A DNA stretch of 23,083 bases from Azolla caroliniana (taxonomy: Eukaryota > Plantae > Polypodiophyta), in assembly GCA_043228905.1 (NCBI GenBank), contig JBHGNT010000489.1, forward strand, positions 1-23,083, in the 5' to 3' direction. Positions 1-10,611 of this stretch are shown piece by piece. Position 1 is the stretch's first letter. The number at the start of each line of letters is the position of its first letter. The position numbers and the translations under genes were made by a program. A model generated the notes under the pieces. It was not told the origin of the DNA. It did no database searches and was given only the letters and a program-made list of their open reading frames with translations.

Positions 1-1
1 C

Positions 2-271
2 GATTCTTTCCTTTTTGTCTCCTGTAAATGGCTTAACGACAAATGATGGTTCACCTTGTCGCTCATCAGGTCTATTAGTCTCACGTTGTAGACTAATGAC
101 ACGTGCCTCAAGAGCACTCTGAGATTGCCGAAGTTCGTTCATCTGTTGAGCGGTGAAACTAAGGTATTGGGTTATTTGTGCCAAATACATCTCAGTGGAC
201 ATTTGTCCAGGAGGATTCCCTTGAGTTCCTTCCGCTTGAGCGGATGACATCGGGTCGTTAATTTGAGCCAT
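2..271 (-). CDS. gag: N-terminus of a probable Gag protein (partial, runs off the window)
   Basis: Hand translation from ATG 271: MAQINDPMSSAQAEGTQGNPPGQMSTEMYLAQITQYLSFTAQQMNELRQSQSALEARVISLQRETNRPDERQGEPSFVVKPFTGDKKERI. 90 codons with no stop; a coiled-coil-like stretch precedes a KPFTGD motif resembling the start of gypsy capsid domains. Absent from the ORF track because there is no stop in the window. Confidence 0.6.
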   Translation of the reverse strand, partial: MAQINDPMSSAQAEGTQGNPPGQMSTEMYLAQITQYLSFTAQQMNELRQSQSALEARVISLQRETNRPDERQGEPSFVVKPFTGDKKERI

Positions 272-283
272 TAAAGATTATTT

Positions 284-1845
284 CTGGAAAAGAAATAGGA
301 TAAGGTCAGAGAGATAGTCATAACATCATGTCGTGATGTAAACATATCATGGGCAAACATTAATCGATATCGTGATCTCACGTCAATACCCCTCTAGACG
401 TATGAGATGAGGTTCAAGATCAGGTTACTATGGTAACACAAAGGTGTTTTAAAAACCATGGGGGTGACAAATAAATGTCTTTCCCTGATCTCTATATCGA
501 TTTTTTCATGGTGGCTCCCCGAGGCTCAACCATGTATGTTCGCGTCATGAATAGTTTATACACGAAACAAATGTTAACAATAAACTATGTTTCAGTGCCC
601 ACATATGTGGTTTCGGCTCTTTAAGTCCTATTACGAGGACCCCGAGGTGCACTTAGACCTTAAGTCTAAACATGTGTTATAGTCATATGTATCAAGGATG
701 TTGTATGGTCTTGGTCATATTTGAACTCGAGACCTCGAGAAGAAATACATTAAACACTTGAGCCAACCAAGTAAGTTGCTCTTCTCGAATGCTTAATGTT
801 TGATGCGTATAAGAGATATGCGAGGCAATTGATCATATATGTTTTTTTTAAAAGAACATATATGTCAAGGGTCCTTATTTCGCCCTCATTTACCAAAACT
901 ATGTTGGTACGTTACCTAACCTCAAGTCTCGTAATTACGATGGCATACGCCAAATTGCAACCTAATGGTCAAGCCAAATGAGCCTTCGTTTCGTAATAGG
1001 CCCACGTGGCCCATCACATGGTCACGTCATTACGAATGCCTCTCGTAAGAACAAGATCATGGTGGCATCGTATCCATGTAACGAGGGAGGGATGTTGGAT
1101 ACGTGCGTCATTTGAGCGACCTCACTTGAAGTGGGTCAAGCCCTACGTACTCAACATCATTATGGCTATTGGCGTTTCTTTACGTAACGAAATCAAGGTC
1201 ATCAACGGGGTTGTCAACAATAAAAAATTGTTGAAAAAGGGATGGTGACAACGCCATTCTCACAAAAATGTGAGGACGGCCACCAACATCCTTTTCCCGA
1301 CAAGGACAACTTTCGATATAATCACGTAATAATGAATATACACATATGTTTACTTATCACATATATACGATCAAATACGTATATATGTGACCACATATGC
1401 CTATATTAAACATATCGTTATATTAAATAGCCACAAATGATGTGATCGAGATACGTAATCGAGGTATATACCTCTACGCACACGAAACATCCTCAAATAA
1501 GAGATCATCGTAATACGCAATTGAGGTATTGACCTCTTACGCATACGAAACCAACCGCATATCGTTTACAACAAATCAAGCTATTAAACTCATACGCAAA
1601 CGTAACATATGTTCGTGAACGTAATACGTAATTGAGGTATTAACCTCGTACGCATACGACACTCATCACATATTATTAATATGTCAAACGAGGTATTGAC
1701 CTCGTGCACATATGTAAACGTTTTAGATAATCAATTAAAGACCACTACAACATCATTGACTTAATGAAAAAAAATTACATATAAACTAAACACATGATTA
1801 GATGGGAGAAGAGAGAATAGAAAAAAAAATTCTGGAAAGAGTTAC
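284..1845 (-). other. Putative intron in the 5' leader of element C
   Basis: Acceptor CTGAC-cttatcctatttcttttcCAG ending at 284, 12 nt before the ATG; candidate donor TTG|GTAACT at 1845. The donor choice is uncertain. Confidence 0.45.
1451..1715. repeat. Degenerate ~55-60-bp tandem repeat with a GAGGT-N4/5-ACCTC hairpin core
   Basis: Units like tacgtaattGAGGTattgACCTCgtacgcatacgaaac near 1451, 1511 and 1621, with a partial unit near 1689. Confidence 0.6.
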
Positions 1846-1949
1846 CAAAGTTCTTTGTTGATCGTTGTCTGGATCAAGGCCGACCGCACATCGATCGATC
1901 ACCATCAATCAAATGACAAATGAAAAACAAAGAAATATTAGTACATAAA

Positions 1950-1959
1950 TCTGATACCA
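1950..1959 (-). promoter_or_regulatory. Primer-binding site, tRNA-iMet type (element C)
   Basis: Minus strand TGGTATCAGA, 2 nt after the LTR end. Confidence 0.8.
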
Positions 1960-1961
1960 AA

Positions 1962-2399
1962 TATTAGAGATCTAAGTACTAAAGTAAGCTTACGATAAGG
2001 ATAAAGTAATGATAGGTAGAAAGGAGAAAGAGAAAGAAGGGTGTCGATCCACCCGACCACCCCCAAGCGAAGGGATCAAGACGGACTCGAGCCTCGATCG
2101 GCGTCCCATACCACCGTCGTGGCGTCGAGTCGTACCTGGTGCTGGCGCGCTCGCTACAAGAGTTGACCCACCACAAGAGCAGAGTCTCGATGTAGTCAAA
2201 AGATGATCCAATGAGGGTAGCTAGGCCTCTTATTTATAGCGATACCCAAGGCCCCCAGGCAAGTTCACACTTGACCTAATGGGTTGTCTCAATCCCGAGG
2301 ATTAAAAGTAATCCTCCCCTTCTTTACACTCTCGTTTAACCCTCACACTTATCCACGTGTATAGAATACTACGGTAAATTCTCACCACGGGATATTAAA
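1962..2399 (-). repeat. 5' LTR of element C (~438 bp, termini mutated)
   Basis: Plus strand TATTA...TAAA, each one substitution from TGTTA...TAACA; minus-strand TATA GCTATAAATA at 2231-2240; adjacent to the PBS. Confidence 0.65.
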
Positions 2400-5300
2400 T
2401 GGTCATGCCCGTAACACTAGCACTTTTAGATTCCGGAGCTAATTCATGTTTCATGGATCGAAATTTTGCCCAAGCTTCTCAGATATCCTTAAGAAAACTT
2501 CCTTGTCCCGCATCTGTAGTAGTCATTGATGGTTGTCCCATTGCTTCCGGGAATATTGTAGAAGAATCAGAACCCATTCAAGTTGTCCTAGGTAGTTTTG
2601 TGTGTGTAATATCATTTAATATAATTAGTAGTCGAGAGCATCCCATTGTCCTAGGATTACCTTGGTTTGAATTACATAATCCAGCCATAGATTGGAGAAC
2701 AAGAGAAGTCTGATATCGACCACCCCAAGAATCAACTCACCAAGTTTCGACCATTTCACTCCATCAACTACGCGAAGGACCCAAGGAGGCAATGTTCCTA
2801 TTTGCAATATCAGTACATCCTTCCAGCACTATTAAGAAGGACTACTCAGTACAACTTCCAGCAAAATATCATCCTTATGCCGATGTATTTGACAAGGTAA
2901 AAGCCGGTACCCTTCCTCATCACCGTCCCTATGACTGTCCCATCGATTTACAACCAGGAACCGAGCCACCATGGGGACCAATTTACAACTTGTCACCCAC
3001 CGAGTTAGAAGTCCTTCGAGCCTACATAGAGGAGAACTTGGCAAGCGGGTTCATCCGCCATTCGAAATCTCCGGCCGGTGCACCCATCTTCTTTGTCAAG
3101 AAGAAAGATGGCTCACTTCGTCTTGTCGTTGATTACCACGGATTGAATAAAGTCACCATCCGGAATAGGTATGCACTTCCTCTTATATCAAGTCTTTTAG
3201 AGCGAGTTAATGGTGCCAAGTTTTTTACTAAAATCGACCTACGAGGAGCGTATAACCTCGTGCGGATCTGACCGGGAGATGAGTGGAAAACCGCCTTTCG
3301 CACGCGGTATGGGCATTTCGAGTATACTGTTATGCCGTTTGGCCTAACCAATGCACCCGCAGTCTTCCAACACATGGCAAATGATATATTCAGAGACCTC
3401 TTGGATATCTGTTTGATCATTTATCTGGATGATCTATTGATTTATTCAAAGACCCAGGAAGAGCACGATTCTCATGTACTATTAGTACTAAAGCGACTCC
3501 GCGAGAATGGCCTTTATGCCAAGCTAGAAAAATGTACCTTTGACTGCAAGCAAGTGGAATTTCTAGGCTACGTCATCTCCTCAAAGGGCATCGCCATGGA
3601 TCCAGCTAAAATCCAAATTGTACTAGAGTGGCAAATTCCACGGTCGGTACGAGATGTACAATGTTTTCTAGGTTTTGCTAACTTCTACCGTAAGTTTATA
3701 CATGATTAATCGAAGATTATTTTACCTCTCACACAACTTACGAAGAAGGGCAAAGCATTTCTTTGGTCCATAGAAGCAGATATGGCTTTTCGGCATCTTA
3801 AGAAAGCCTTTACATCAGCACCGATTCTAGCTCATGTGGATACAAGCAAACCATTCATCATGGGGGCCGACGCATCAGATTTCGCCCTCGGTAGCATCCT
3901 TTCTCAACAAGGCGATAAAGAAGAGTTGCATCCGGTGGCTTTCCATTCGCGCAAATTCGATGTCGCAGAAATCAACTACGAAATACATGACAAGGAGTTA
4001 TTAGCCATCGTGGATTCATTTGTACAATGGCGGCATTTCTTAGAGGGCTCTCCACATCAGGTCATTGTCTTTAGCGATCATAAAAATCTTGCTTATTTTC
4101 AGAACGCTCGCGTAATAAATCGACGGCAAGCTCGGTGGGCGCAATTCCTCACGCGTTTCGACTTCAAAATCACATATCGACCGGGGAAGTAGCAAGGAAA
4201 AGCAGATGCACTATCACGGCGTTCATATCTTGCACCTCGTCCTGGTGACGCAATATTTGATAATCAAAAGCAAGTAATCTTGGGACCAACACGATTGCAC
4301 ACAACGCGGATTTTTCACACCCCGATGGATTCACGGATTACCGATGACATACGTGCAACCTTGAAGACGGATAGTTTTGCTCAAGACATCCTGGCGCACA
4401 TTGATACTTCTCGGGCATCCTGTTCTCAGTCTCAACAACCAGGTATTGACTACCGACAATTCGAATATCATGATGGTTTGTTATTCTTTAAAAAGCGCGT
4501 ATATGTCCCCGATTGCTCCTGTCGCCTTCAAATCGTCCAACATTGTCACGACACCCATACGGCGGGACATTTCGGTAGTACTAAGACATTGGAGCTAGTG
4601 CAGCGATCTTTTTGGTTGCTCCACATGCGCCGTTTTGTCGACGACTACGTTCGGACCTGTGATGCTTACTGTCGAGCAAAGATGCCACGACACCATCCAT
4701 ATGGCTTGTTGGAAACCTTACCGATTCCAACTAAGTCGTGGCAGTCTATTTGTCTTGATTTTATCACAGATCTGTCGGTCTCGAAGGGGTTCGATGCTAT
4801 CCTAACCGTCGTCGATCGATATATGAAGATGGCACATTTTGTGCCATGTACTAAAGCCATCACTAGCGAGGAAACCGCCGCTCTTGTTATGCGTGAGGTA
4901 TTTCCGCATCATGGCCTCCCAGACAGTATTATCAGTGACCGAGGCCCGCAATTTGTCTCCAAATTTTGGCAGCATCTCTTCAAGATGCTCAAGGTCTCCT
5001 GCAACCTCTCCTCCAGCTACCATCCTCAGACCGACGGGTAGGCGGAACGAACAAACCAAACGCTGGAGCAATATCTCCGGTGTTTCCTGAGTTATCAACA
5101 GGACGATTGGGCCGAGATTCTCCACTTTGCGGAGTTTGCGTATAATAATGCTATTCACTCCTCGACTCGGGTCTCCCCATTTTTCGTTTATACCGGTTTC
5201 CATCCTCGCTGGTCAGTGATCGACACTCCGGAGCTACCTACCAACCCTCGTGCCGAGGATCATATGGAGAGGCTACGCAAGATCCAGATGGATCTCTCTA

Positions 5301-5836
5301 CTCACCTTCGTCATGCTCAACACACACAGAAGACTTATGTGGATCGTCATCGGATTCCCTCCTCTTTTGCCATTGGAGATCAAGTATGGCTCTTACGTCG
5401 TCACATCAAGACTACTCGACCGTGCGACAAGTTGGATTATCGACGACTCGGTCCCTTCCGTATTACGGGTAAGATTAATGATGTCACCTTCCGCCTTGAT
5501 CTCCCTCCACAGCTTCAGATACATCCGGTTTTCCATTGTTCTCTTCTTGAACCTTATAAAGCAAACACCATTCCCGATCGTGTGACACCACCACCGCCCC
5601 CGCTGGAGTTGGACGCGGGTCCGGAGTATGAAGTTGCTGCCATCCTCGATTCCAAACTTGTTCGCAACAAACATTATTACTTGGTCGATTGGCTCGGTTA
5701 TAGTCCGAGCGAACGTACTTGGGAACCCGTCGAGCATGTTGCCAATGCACAAGATCTTCTTGCTGATTTCCACTGAAAGTATCCGGACAAACCCGGTCCG
5801 CAATTAGCGCCGACTCGTTCCACTCGTCGTCCTTAA
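2400..5836 (+). pseudogene. pol: Chromovirus pol polyprotein with six in-frame stops
   Basis: Six ORFs in one frame: protease ALLDSGA; RT ([17 protein letters not shown]); RNase H (DAS, EIHDKELLAI, DHKNL); integrase (H..GH zinc finger, D,D,E core, GPF); chromodomain EYEVAAILD...YLVDWLGY...TWEP. True stop TAA at 5834-5836. The ATG at 2399 is a junction artefact. Confidence 0.95.
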
Positions 5837-5847
5837 GAGGGAGATAG
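5835..5847 (+). promoter_or_regulatory. Polypurine tract of element A
   Basis: AAGAGGGAGATAG immediately before the LTR's TGTCA. Confidence 0.9.
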
Positions 5848-6271
5848 TGTCATGATATGGCAAGACTCGAACCCATGACCTTATGCTACATGGGTCGAGC
5901 TCTTACCATTAGACTATGAATTGTAATTTGTAGGATATTATTTTCATTTATACTTTATTATAGAAAATTGATGTATATTCCAAATCTCTCTGGAACATTC
6001 TAGAAGCTTCAGGATTATTCCTAAAAACACTATAAAAGGAGGCACAAGGCATTGTTTTGAAGCAAATTGGTTCAACACCAGTCTTAAGCCTCTTAGCCGA
6101 TTTGTAATTATCTTTCATATAATATAAGAGTTGCTGTCATCATCCTATCTCTCTCTCTCCTCTTCTCACTTCCTCTCTCTCGGGAATCTTACGCAGTCCT
6201 GTCCTCTTAGTACTAATAGTACTACTCTTCTTAGTACTAATTCCATCTCTGCTTTAGTACTATTCCTGACA
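5848..6271 (+). repeat. 3' LTR of element A (424 bp)
   Basis: TGTCA...TGACA termini, TATA CTATAAAAGG near 6030, TTCTAGAA motif; follows the PPT. Confidence 0.88.
5857..5923 (-). promoter_or_regulatory. tRNA-like Pol III A/B-box module inside U3 of LTR A, antisense
   Basis: Minus strand TAGTCTAATGG (5916-5906) and GGTTCGAGTC (5873-5864), starts 43 nt apart; no complete cloverleaf. Confidence 0.6.
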
Positions 6272-7990
6272 CGTGGATGGTGCCGAGGACTCTGTTGCTC
6301 CGATGGTCGCGTCTCCCATTTCTGTTTGCATTCACACCACATTGTTTTTGTTGGCTGTATCTATCCATTCTTTGGCTGCTTGCCGGACTTCATCCTGTAC
6401 TTGCCATGGGGTGGCCTGGGCTTTACTGCGTGTTGTGACATTTTGCATGTCGGCCATAATACTATTCACGACAGGAGACTTTCCGCAGTCTGTTGTTGGG
6501 CATTGCGTAGTGACCAGGTTGGTTGCACTTGAAGTAGGTAACGGCGGCCGAGTTGCTGGTGCCAGCCTGATCTATGTGTGTGGGGGGGTGCGATTGATTC
6601 CCAGCCTCGTGTGTTGGTGGGTTGGTCCAGGGCGTGTTCGAGCTGCGCGGTTCATTTCGCGGGGGGTCCCGATGACGGTTGTCGTTATTCCTTCTGTTGT
6701 TGCGCGATCCTCAGTGAGAGTTGCGCCGATCATTACGAGAATTTCTCTGATCGTATCGGTGATCCCGATCATCTTCATTCCGATCATAATCATCGTTTGC
6801 CCGATACTGGTCATCGTGATAGCGATCACGGCGGTCGTCCGATCTCCATCGGTTGTCGTTTCGGTAACGGTCGTCATCCCGACGATAATCGTCGTCACGG
6901 CGCCGTCTATTCGGCGATCGGGGTCGTTGGTTATCCTGGTTCCGGCAGGATTGTCGCTCGTCCTGACGAGAGTATGTATCCCCGGGCTCGATCTGGCGAA
7001 CCGGGGCCGTCGTTGTGCGGTTGAGCATATTGTAATCACATTGCTCGACAGTGTGAGATCGGGACTGGCAGATCAAACACTATGGCCAGTGAGGACATTC
7101 GAGGGCCAGATGGCCCGATCCCGAGCAAACTGTGCATTGGAGGGCTTGGCGAAAGCGATTGTCCTCCTGGGGAAGGGCGCTTTGCAGTGAACTCATAGAG
7201 AAAGTCATGCTTTGCTAAGTCCGATCGAGGGCGAGGACGCGCGCTATGACTTGCTCGATCGTTTGGTTGGCAAAATTAGTAAGTGCGAGAGTCGTCCGTA
7301 GAGGCTCCCGTAAGCTAGACAGGAATGTGTCCGGAATGTGCTATGCAGAGACATCGTCGGCCACTTGTTTGTAGAGATCCCGGAACTGGATCGTGAACTA
7401 TGCGACCGTCTCGTGCGGTTCTTGTTGCGTGGAAAAGAACTGTCGGAGCAATTCTCGTTTGGGCACCTCGCGATGGAACAGTTCTAGGAACTGCGTGCGA
7501 ACGTCGTGGAAGGTGACAAACTCCCCTACGTCGAAGTGAGAATACCATCGCGTAGCTGGTCCATCGAGAGATAACTTAAACTCGGCAATTTTTGAGGCCT
7601 CGATTTCGGCAGGCGAGAATCGCTGTGTTGAGTGGTTGACCTGATAGGTGGACATGAAGGCACGGATGTGCAACTCCGCGTCGGGGTTGTCGGTGTATCA
7701 TGGGTAAGGATACGACATGGTATCGAATTCGGAATCTTTCGTTAAAACCAGAAAAGGGTTAGGGTCAGGGTGGGTGACCTCTGGAGGGCTTGGTGGAGAG
7801 GTTGGTGTGGAATCAAATCGCGACCAAGTAGCAGGTGGCGAGGATTGCAACCGGTGAGCCTCCGATATTTCTTGAAAAGACTGGTCCGTGACCGCCGAGT
7901 CGGAAGTTCCTTCGACTGGCTCAGGGCGTCGTCCAGATGGCCGAGACCGCTTGGTGCGATTGGGCGCCGTAATGGTGGCTGAAGGTTGTC
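6272..7990 (-). pseudogene. gag: gag relic of element B (non-chromovirus gypsy related to element E)
   Basis: HIRAF...SKIAEFKLSLDGPATRWY parallels E's HVHAF...SKIAEFGVTLEGPAARW; zinc knuckles CTVCSGSGHLALEC and CLICQSRSHTVEQC; R/D-rich tract; degenerate third knuckle FKCNQPGHY; several stops and frameshifts. Confidence 0.88.
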
Positions 7991-8024
7991 TTCAACGTAG
8001 TTCGCTGTGATCTCACAGCTATAA

Positions 8025-8036
8025 CCGGGCGTGCCA
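8025..8036 (-). promoter_or_regulatory. Primer-binding site of element B, tRNA-Arg type
   Basis: Minus strand ...GGTTAACA caatt TGGCACGCCCGG, directly upstream of gag. The tRNA assignment is from recalled plant tRNA-Arg 3' ends. Confidence 0.8.
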
Positions 8037-8053
8037 AATTGTGTTAACCATTC

Positions 8054-9206
8054 TGTTGGAGACACCTTTGATATGCCTACAAGCTATTGGTATCAAGGGA
8101 AGTGTAACATGAAGACTTGGGCACGAAGGTGTCGTTAGGGGAAGAAAATGGAGAGCATACCCGGAATAGAGCCCGGGTCGTATACGTAGTTGATGTTGGG
8201 AGACAGGTCCCTCCGGATGGGAAGGGAGAAGAACAGTGCCGACGAACAATCTCGGCCGAGGCCGAAACCGGATGAGGAGTACCTGGCTACGGATAGCCGG
8301 ATGGTGCAGGCCCGGTGTGAACTGGATGAGGAGTACCCGGCTACGGAGAGCCGGATGGTGCAGGACCGGTGTGAACCGGATGAGGAGTACCCGGCTACGG
8401 AGAGCCGGATGGTGCAGGCCCGGTGTGAACCGGATGAGGAGTACCCGGCTACGGAGAGCCGGATGGTGCAGGCCCGGTGTGAACCGGATGAGGAGTACCC
8501 GGCTACGGAGAGCCGGATGGTGCAGGCCCGGTGTGAACGGGATGAGGAGTACCCAGCTACGGAGAGCCGGATGGTGCAGAACCGGTGAGAACCAGATGAC
8601 GAGCACCCAGCTACGGAGAGTCGGATGGTGCAGAACCAGTGAGAACTGGATGAGGAGCACCCGGCTACGGAGAGCCGGATGACGCAGACCCGGTGTGAAC
8701 CGGAGGAAGAGACATATTCGTAAATATGTTTCTGAGAGCCCATCGAGGCTACATTTGTAAATAGCCGAAAAGTCATATTAGTATAAATATGACTTAGGGC
8801 AAACTTTTAGTGTTGTTGTTGTCATTTTCTTGTTGGTGCAAGAAGAAGAGAGAGCACGTAACAGTGTACAGAGAGAGAGAGAGAAAGAGGTCGATGCCTC
8901 TGTTGTAACGGCCGCCTGTGGCGAAGATCCTGAGCACGAGGTCGTTGCCTTCGTGAACTCACTGTTTTGTACATTCCAACTTAGTGATAGTTTACAACCT
9001 GTGGGCTGCCGTGGTTTTTCCCTCTTTGGGTTTTCCACGTAAACATTCTGTGTACCCTTTTCTCTCCTTTGTGTCGTGTGTTTTCGTTTCCTGTTTCCTG
9101 TGTATGAAAAGAAGCTTGGTTGAGGCCGAGCATTGGGTATAAGGAGCGTTGAGTTCCCGTCAAGAGTTGAGACCTTAGAAATGATGGCACACAGATGGGA
9201 ACAACA
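8054..9206 (+). mobile_element. Element G: solitary Copia-type LTR (~1.15 kb)
   Basis: TGTTG...CAACA termini, TATA GTATAAATA near 8781, GA tract, Copia-like motif CCGTGGTTTTTCCC...GGGTTTTCCACGTAAA near 9009-9043. Flanks CATTC and AGAGC do not form a TSD. Confidence 0.7.
8268..8699 (+). repeat. 8 x 54-bp tandem repeat in U3 of LTR G
   Basis: Unit CCGGATGAGGAGTACCCGGCTACGGAGAGCCGGATGGTGCAGGCCCGGTGTGAA. Confidence 0.95.
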
Positions 9207-9473
9207 AGAGCAAGTAGATATGTATTATTGCAAATAGTTAACGATGATTACAAAAAAAACGGCCCACAGCTGGTGACCTTACAAAGCTCTTATAACTATG
9301 AAACGACCTCGCCTAGGCTCTAGATATCTTCCCCCTTTTCCGAGGTACGCAGACCTCGGTTTATATACTTTTTTCTTCATCCAGAGCCCAGCGGTCGGCT
9401 GACTGTGAGGCTCGAAACTCGGCGTTTACCTAACTCTACCTTACCTACTCGCCTTACCTACCGACGTATTACA

Positions 9474-9914
9474 TTTAATTAATTTATATTTCTGGCCTAT
9501 GGACAAAAACGAGGCTAGGAACTCTAGATGTTTTGAGCGACATGAGGGCATGAAGACAGAAATAAAGATCAAGGCGACAAAGATGAGGCGAAACGAGAAT
9601 ACTAGATTGATGTGTCAATGAATGGTGTTGAATCCCTTGAAAGGGACCAAGGAGGTTACAAGTATTTATACTGTGAGTCGAACTACATGCATTAGAATAT
9701 TCGGGAGAATATTCTAGAACCCTCTAGAACCTTCTAGTTCTAGAACTTTCTAAAAACTCCTAGAACTTGAAATAGATACTACTAATAATCTACTAAGATA
9801 TACATAACATGACCATATATTTGGATGTGTTGGTTAGAACACAACACTTGACTATATACAAGAGGCCAAGGGTTCAAATCTTGTCATCATGTCTGTGACA
9901 TTATCCTCCTCTTT
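9474..9914 (-). mobile_element. Element D: chromovirus-type 3' LTR (left end truncated or uncertain) plus PPT
   Basis: Minus strand AAAGAGGAGGATAA (9914-9901) followed by TGTCACAG at 9900; shares TTCTAGAA repeats, the TTCAACACCA motif and the B-box with LTR A; TATA GTATAAATA near 9665. Confidence 0.72.
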
Positions 9915-9980
9915 ACGGTTGCCTTATCAAAAGTGTGTTGTAGGGGTGAGCTGAAAGAGAAAACCTTAGTACGTTGAGGT

Positions 9981-10611
9981 GTGAGTGACCATGTGCAGTC
10001 CTCACCAGAAATAGGAGCACGGGTGAACGCGAGCAACCATGTGTGGTCCTCACCGGAGACTGCACACCAATGTGAGCGTGGGCAACCATGTTCAGTTCTC
10101 ACCGAAGACTGGAACACCAACATGAGTGTGAACGACCATGTGTGGTCCTCATCAAAGACTGGAACACTAACATGAGTGTGATCGACCATGTGCGGTCCTC
10201 ACCGGAGACCGAAACACCAACATGAGTGAACGACCATGTGTGGTCCTCACCAAAGACAAGAACACCAACGGACGTGAGCGACCATGTGCGGTCCTCACCA
10301 AGAACTAGAACACCAATGGATGTGAGTCACCATGTGCGATCCTCAGAGGAGACACGAACACCAACGGACATGAGCGACAATGTGTAGTCCTCACCAGAGA
10401 CACAAACACCAACGGGCGTGAGAGACCATGTACGGTCCTCACCGGAGACACGAACACCAACAGAAATGAGCGACCATGTGCGGTCCTCACCGGGAACTGG
10501 AACACCAACAGACGTGAGCGACCATGTGCAGTCCTCACCAGGAACTGGAACACCAACGGGCGTGAGCCACCATCTGCGGTCCTCACTGGAGACACGAACA
10601 CCAACGAACGT
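9981..10611. repeat. ~13 x 48-bp tandem array upstream of element D's PPT
   Basis: Unit GAGCGACCATGTGCGGTCCTCACCGGAGACTGGAACACCAACGGACGT; cut at 10611 by F1. Confidence 0.92.

Larger units (their letters stand above)
1..2399 (-). mobile_element. Element C: 5' portion of an LTR retrotransposon (5' LTR, iMet PBS, ~1.7-kb leader, gag start), continuing beyond the left edge; abuts the protease region of element A
   Basis: On the minus strand, in order: LTR-like 2399-1962 with TATA, then TGGTATCAGA PBS, then an ATG-initiated frame from 271 to the window edge. Confidence 0.7.
2400..6271 (+). mobile_element. Element A: Ty3/gypsy chromovirus (Tcn1-like), 5' part separated or lost, lying next to or within the gag of element B
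   Basis: Domain order PR-RT-RH-INT-chromodomain, followed by PPT and a TGTCA...TGACA LTR. Confidence 0.93.
8042..9473 (-). repeat. 5' LTR of element B, interrupted by LTR G
   Basis: 3' end TTAACA at 8042 next to the PBS; likely 5' end TGTAATACG at 9473 with minus-strand TATA GTATATAAACC near 9360. Joining the two pieces is an inference. Confidence 0.55.

Noticed and set aside
796-1248. Short plus-strand ORFs as host genes
   Set aside because: No recognisable motifs; they lie antisense within element C's AT-rich leader.
5857-5923. Functional tRNA gene
   Set aside because: Acceptor and anticodon stems cannot be formed convincingly; only the A and B boxes are supported.
6273-7190. 305-aa hydrophobic plus-strand ORF (likewise 19897-20505) as a membrane or env protein
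   Set aside because: These are antisense shadows of R/D/N-rich gag tracts, which read as V/I/S on the other strand.
8088-8096. TGGTATCAA as an iMet PBS
   Set aside because: Short match lying ~35 nt inside LTR G rather than after an LTR end.
8019-8776. Repetitive ORFs over the tandem arrays (also 10305-10744, 11309-11545, 22127-22909)
   Set aside because: Unit lengths divisible by three keep several frames open on both strands; no domain evidence.
8268-10611. 54-bp and 48-bp arrays as CRISPR arrays
   Set aside because: They are head-to-tail tandem units with no unique spacers, no cas genes, and a eukaryotic TE context.
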